A stretch of DNA of 64,000 nt from Nemertoderma westbladi (taxonomy: Eukaryota; Animalia; Xenacoelomorpha), in assembly GCA_032718475.1 (NCBI GenBank), contig JAUCBJ010009110.1:1-64000 (forward strand), in the 5' to 3' direction. The notes under the pieces were generated by a model. The model was given only the letters and a program-made list of their open reading frames with translations. It ran no database searches and was not told where the DNA came from. A program made the position numbers and the translations under genes. Shown here one piece after another: positions 63,001 to 64,000 of the stretch (its first letter is position 1; the number at the start of each line of letters is the position of its first letter).

Positions 63001-64000
63001 TCATGAAATTTTCATCATAAAGAATAAATTACCATCACATTCTGTTAATGATGACATTCAGCAACAGCCATGGATAGATGGTTATAATAACATTGTTAAA
63101 CTACGCAGCTGTTCTATTAACAGGGCGATTGACTTTGTAGAAAAGCAACCCCAGAGAGAAGGCAAGGAAGAAGTGTTAAATCTTCTTAATGAAATACAGG
63201 ATGAACATGTTGATGGAAATCTCCATAAACGCTTTGTTGCCCAGAGCAAGGAAACTATTGCAGTTATACCGAATATAGGGGCAAATCATCGAATTAAATT
63301 TTTATATCATATCATATTAACTCTTGGGGAGTTTACTACTGAATTAGATGTTATGGAAGTTGCTTCCTTTCCAATGGCATTCCAGAAAGCAGGTCTAATA
63401 GCTGATTATAATAATCCTACAAAGGAAGAAGCAAACACCATCCTCAAAAGATATGTAAATGAACAGCTCCAGACTTATTCCTTTGGTGCAAATCAGTTCC
63501 AGAAATATTTAAGTAGTGCTAAAAGTGCTATAGATGAGATTCTACTCTCAGGTGGTCGCATATCTGCAGATGTCCCTTCAGTTTCATACATAGCTCTGCG
63601 TGACGAAGCTGCAGAACGAATCCATACTATTGAAAGATCTCGGAAACATTATCTCGTTGAGACCAACCATGGCGATCTTTCCACAAAGATGCAGCTCCCA
63701 CCAATGGATGCTTTCATGGAGGCAACATTTGATTATCCCATTAACTGGGATCCACAACTCCCAGTAGCACTACACCAATCAATGCCTTCTCAAGCAGAGC
63801 AGAACAGTGCACTACAAACTATTAAACAAGTTGTCCACCAGTACTTGAATCCATCAACGAACCAGTTGCCTAAGTTTTTATTAATAACTGGACCACCAGG
63901 TTGTGGCAAGACTTTGCTCATTCAAATTGCCACCTTGTATGTTATATCGCGAGGTCTCAACGCTGCTTTACTTTCACTGACAAGTGAACGTTCCAGAACA
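57008..64000 (+). CDS. Helitron/Helentron-like RepHel transposase (zinc knuckle, OTU, HUH Rep, SF1/Pif1-like helicase), at least 2331 aa, 3'-truncated by the window
   Basis: ATG in AAAATGG context after an in-frame TAA (56981); no stop found by manual translation up to 64000. Motifs: CSKCGSSKHNIRTC; GGGDCLYYS...WGTE...GHF; YFFTITAN; EFQDKGAKGNKCHFH; HNC-x6-C-x11-CR; YLSKY; FLLITGPPGCGKT. Confidence 0.92.
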   Translation, partial: MAKRKQKCSKCGSSKHNIRTCSKGKGITVTFMEQMEQVEQPHGEEENPEERMANEEGPPVDEEPQEEQIEHGEGHQGEERMDNGEEGQGMEQQHEERIDNGEGGQGVEQQQEERMDYGEEGQGVEQPPEERVDNGEGGQGVEQQQGERMDNGEEGQGVEQPPEERVDNGEGGQGVEQQQGERMDNGEGGQGVEQQQGERMDNGEEGQGVEQQQGERMDNGEEGQGVEQPQEERMDNGEEQHQEEQREWEEVQQRGEKRGQDSQGGQRRRRREGTPPDIQSDPGTQQEETAREGGQNQSRTGPSRTQFIVLQGSNNIPPQEWLDTTCQLNGLHIQPNQGGGDCLYYSILQGLDLLNFNRHYTVASLRNLSANEMARNPLPYSNRFLVPTNAEIAGMYPRPANNFNNFILATRGGEWGTELNIMSLAIHLPASICLISTETRGVLHFGNSPDVIYIAHWPGHFAALLPGTGNHSNFIPHTQHPQSSTGSCQPSTSNIRQQSTTRNQSQNAGSSYHRPPPCNRTGTYGNLPERRSPQPNTINPNHPPNNGHTQNPSTQVHPTTSSVQQNISSTEQPTSNLTAPTTTPSAVNMTLLCECCQRHSTAIYDIQVAIRGSCKGKKYGRLVQRRQYSLPVCCAQCNSYLNQNKTDIRRNWNIMWPAVLNSCLSAVSLMPEDKHIELWKQLPTNIQEMWSSLSLPPSGIPIFRDFTPQLREFNQDIKTNTLGGLRKAMNRECFPEVKCPLGCWQWVDMCKYIPFIDYLAYANIVSLPNSDREYFRSARPDWPTLPRQYLLTWTINPGVVIDDDNGLSVLVCKDHKSTKQQVIHIQENPFYEEGALQSYEVFAPTTLTPNIVRQGRLNKWNSSNYVVNCIGGYHGLSTFTLGASELDLPPITQQQVLREGLCLKFRNDIRETYLNTTWGGASGIVKSKLTGLMNSGRTPEGIALKKCLAGGSYMSICDTFHAWQISRLQNERQEAQSSNIKYIFQAKSLILSIVHPMNDVGAFPFKVNINHIHDCLGIAITTILLYNRRIHQLCLQKYISENDNLLGWILASVASISGLNHPSRSCNKNVVYTKISTDPCVLTTPDAPFMDKVVNLLLRLSTKSTLRTMEQIVSRTETRSDLYDVIICRNSSSQGIQPKTRIGEFKLMFVLTEDIEDTIIFRWEPDMRFWCIGNGGSRVATTACNKSSWFHTWRLAIYVNTNTNEHRDDTIKRSLGGQRQLTCAKHSLYLINEPRVSNATCSVGNCRKPANHRCPDGILSYHCLVAVCLKHFRLYAIGNASPITIRYRQSPLCNNQPLEPCTNQGEIDSDAELEDLLLEVNIDNNINSDEEHDNSGFDIIIPENADQDSDWEYLEDLQNFLTDENTLPSGDIPSSASSRKQIFHVTGSQSFPSHCLLNDIYGLLHRDLSKHPGAKKAQLLNEIVAKNSAPSTSLLYLEGNIFPTTFWYNHFDAIVGAIPHHIFTEMSTAISRHHVSSNQDMLTIRLRDGDLSTSHDLNYLHWAADVRINSNLNKRPTTVFFNRGLEFLDESRATKSDVHDTPLEFEESNSSRVVKELAALINKYPWSYFFTITANETSTMGLAPIIYKMKNFCEANDMEYSDIYDANVLLLCRAWERVAQYILDYIETSHEERLGPVQHMFARAEFQDKGAKGNKCHFHGGISLYPEPIQTTMDRVTCDPDRLPFGPDDFHKLLHAGIVDSWQDFHEAKSIVEMVTVHNCKAASERCHKRKDKDGNKICRVPSHPTSSSNWFQEKKDLYSKEIYNILEDIGLAKRVLNKEYQLEWQLAPNLTAGRYHYSTRHPPTYLPTIAEMALALRSSFNCQVTDRKFSSSYLSKYIGGVEERRQVKVYGTKNPDIVRTEVGDQENVKISGVRINQAIKKDIASNSREIGIPELARFALGYPYTRCTADFIHISTLPPEYRSAVCAKKSNEHIEGSFGSYISGIELRNNLPLWRHFTHSQQRLIREYVSSDYRLGNTERFNIRPPEICIFNKLVDYHEIFIIKNKLPSHSVNDDIQQQPWIDGYNNIVKLRSCSINRAIDFVEKQPQREGKEEVLNLLNEIQDEHVDGNLHKRFVAQSKETIAVIPNIGANHRIKFLYHIILTLGEFTTELDVMEVASFPMAFQKAGLIADYNNPTKEEANTILKRYVNEQLQTYSFGANQFQKYLSSAKSAIDEILLSGGRISADVPSVSYIALRDEAAERIHTIERSRKHYLVETNHGDLSTKMQLPPMDAFMEATFDYPINWDPQLPVALHQSMPSQAEQNSALQTIKQVVHQYLNPSTNQLPKFLLITGPPGCGKTLLIQIATLYVISRGLNAALLSLTSERSRT
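57029..57070 (+). other. CCHC zinc knuckle (C-x2-C-x4-H-x4-C)
   Basis: Translation CSKCGSSKHNIRTC. Confidence 0.85.
57242..57721 (+). repeat. In-frame coding minisatellite, 51 bp (17 aa, ERMDNGEEGQGVEQQQG-like), about 9.4 copies
   Basis: GAACGG(A/G)T starts every 51 bp from 57242 to 57701; it encodes an acidic E/Q/G-rich tract. Confidence 0.95.
57995..58402 (+). other. OTU-family cysteine protease (deubiquitinase-like) domain
   Basis: GGGDCLYYSI (Cys codon 58031), LR helix, GEWGTELNIMSLA and IYIAHWPGHFAAL (His codon 58385) match the OTU GDGNCLF / WG.E / HY pattern. Confidence 0.8.
61709..62521 (+). other. HUH-Y2 Rep endonuclease core
   Basis: Motif 1 YFFTITAN at 61709-61732; motif 2 EFQ (61940) to HFH (61976-61984); motif 3 YLSKY at 62507-62521; downstream REIGIPE and FIHISTLPPEYR resemble conserved post-Rep Helitron motifs. 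Confidence 0.88.
63875..64000 (+). other. Start of SF1 (Pif1-like) helicase domain
   Basis: Hydrophobic strand FLLIT followed by Walker A GPPGCGKT at 63890-63913, preceded by an EQ Q-motif-like segment. Confidence 0.8.

Larger units (their letters stand above)
57008..64000 (+). mobile_element. Autonomous-looking rolling-circle transposon of the Helitron superfamily (termini not identified; coordinates are those of the ORF)
   Basis: An HUH-Y2 Rep followed by an SF1 helicase in one polypeptide is diagnostic of Helitrons; accessory OTU domains are known in animal Helentrons. Confidence 0.85.

Noticed and set aside
57008-64000. Host PIF1 helicase gene or CRESS-virus Rep
   Set aside because: It is intronless and fused to an HUH Rep with two tyrosines (YxxKY) several hundred residues upstream of the P-loop, which is Helitron architecture; CRESS Reps are small with an adjacent SF3 helicase.

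Overview
AT-rich eukaryotic (probably invertebrate animal) genomic DNA; about 75% of the window is tandem repeat. It holds a 107-bp satellite (about 15 units at 1.3-2.9 kb and about 327 units at 7.4-42.3 kb, same orientation), a 55-bp satellite (about 175 units, 47.0-56.6 kb), and 41-, 89- and ~68-bp minisatellites. The only convincing gene is absent from the ORF track because it runs off the window end: an uninterrupted ORF from ATG 57008 to beyond 64000 (at least 2331 aa, translated by hand). It carries a CCHC zinc knuckle, an acidic 17-aa repeat, an OTU cysteine-protease domain, about 900 aa of unrecognised Cys-rich sequence, an HUH/Y2 Rep (FFTITAN, EFQ...HFH, YLSKY) and the start of an SF1/Pif1-like helicase (GPPGCGKT). 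This is a divergent Helitron/Helentron-like RepHel transposase. The most unusual feature is in the non-coding DNA: the unique spacers form long, bulged, collinear inverted repeats (fold-backs), and several different tandem arrays appear to be expanded inside the 3' arms of these fold-backs. One such fold-back closes about 80 bp before the RepHel start codon. Copy numbers and alignments were counted by eye and need computational confirmation. All ORFs in the supplied track are judged spurious.
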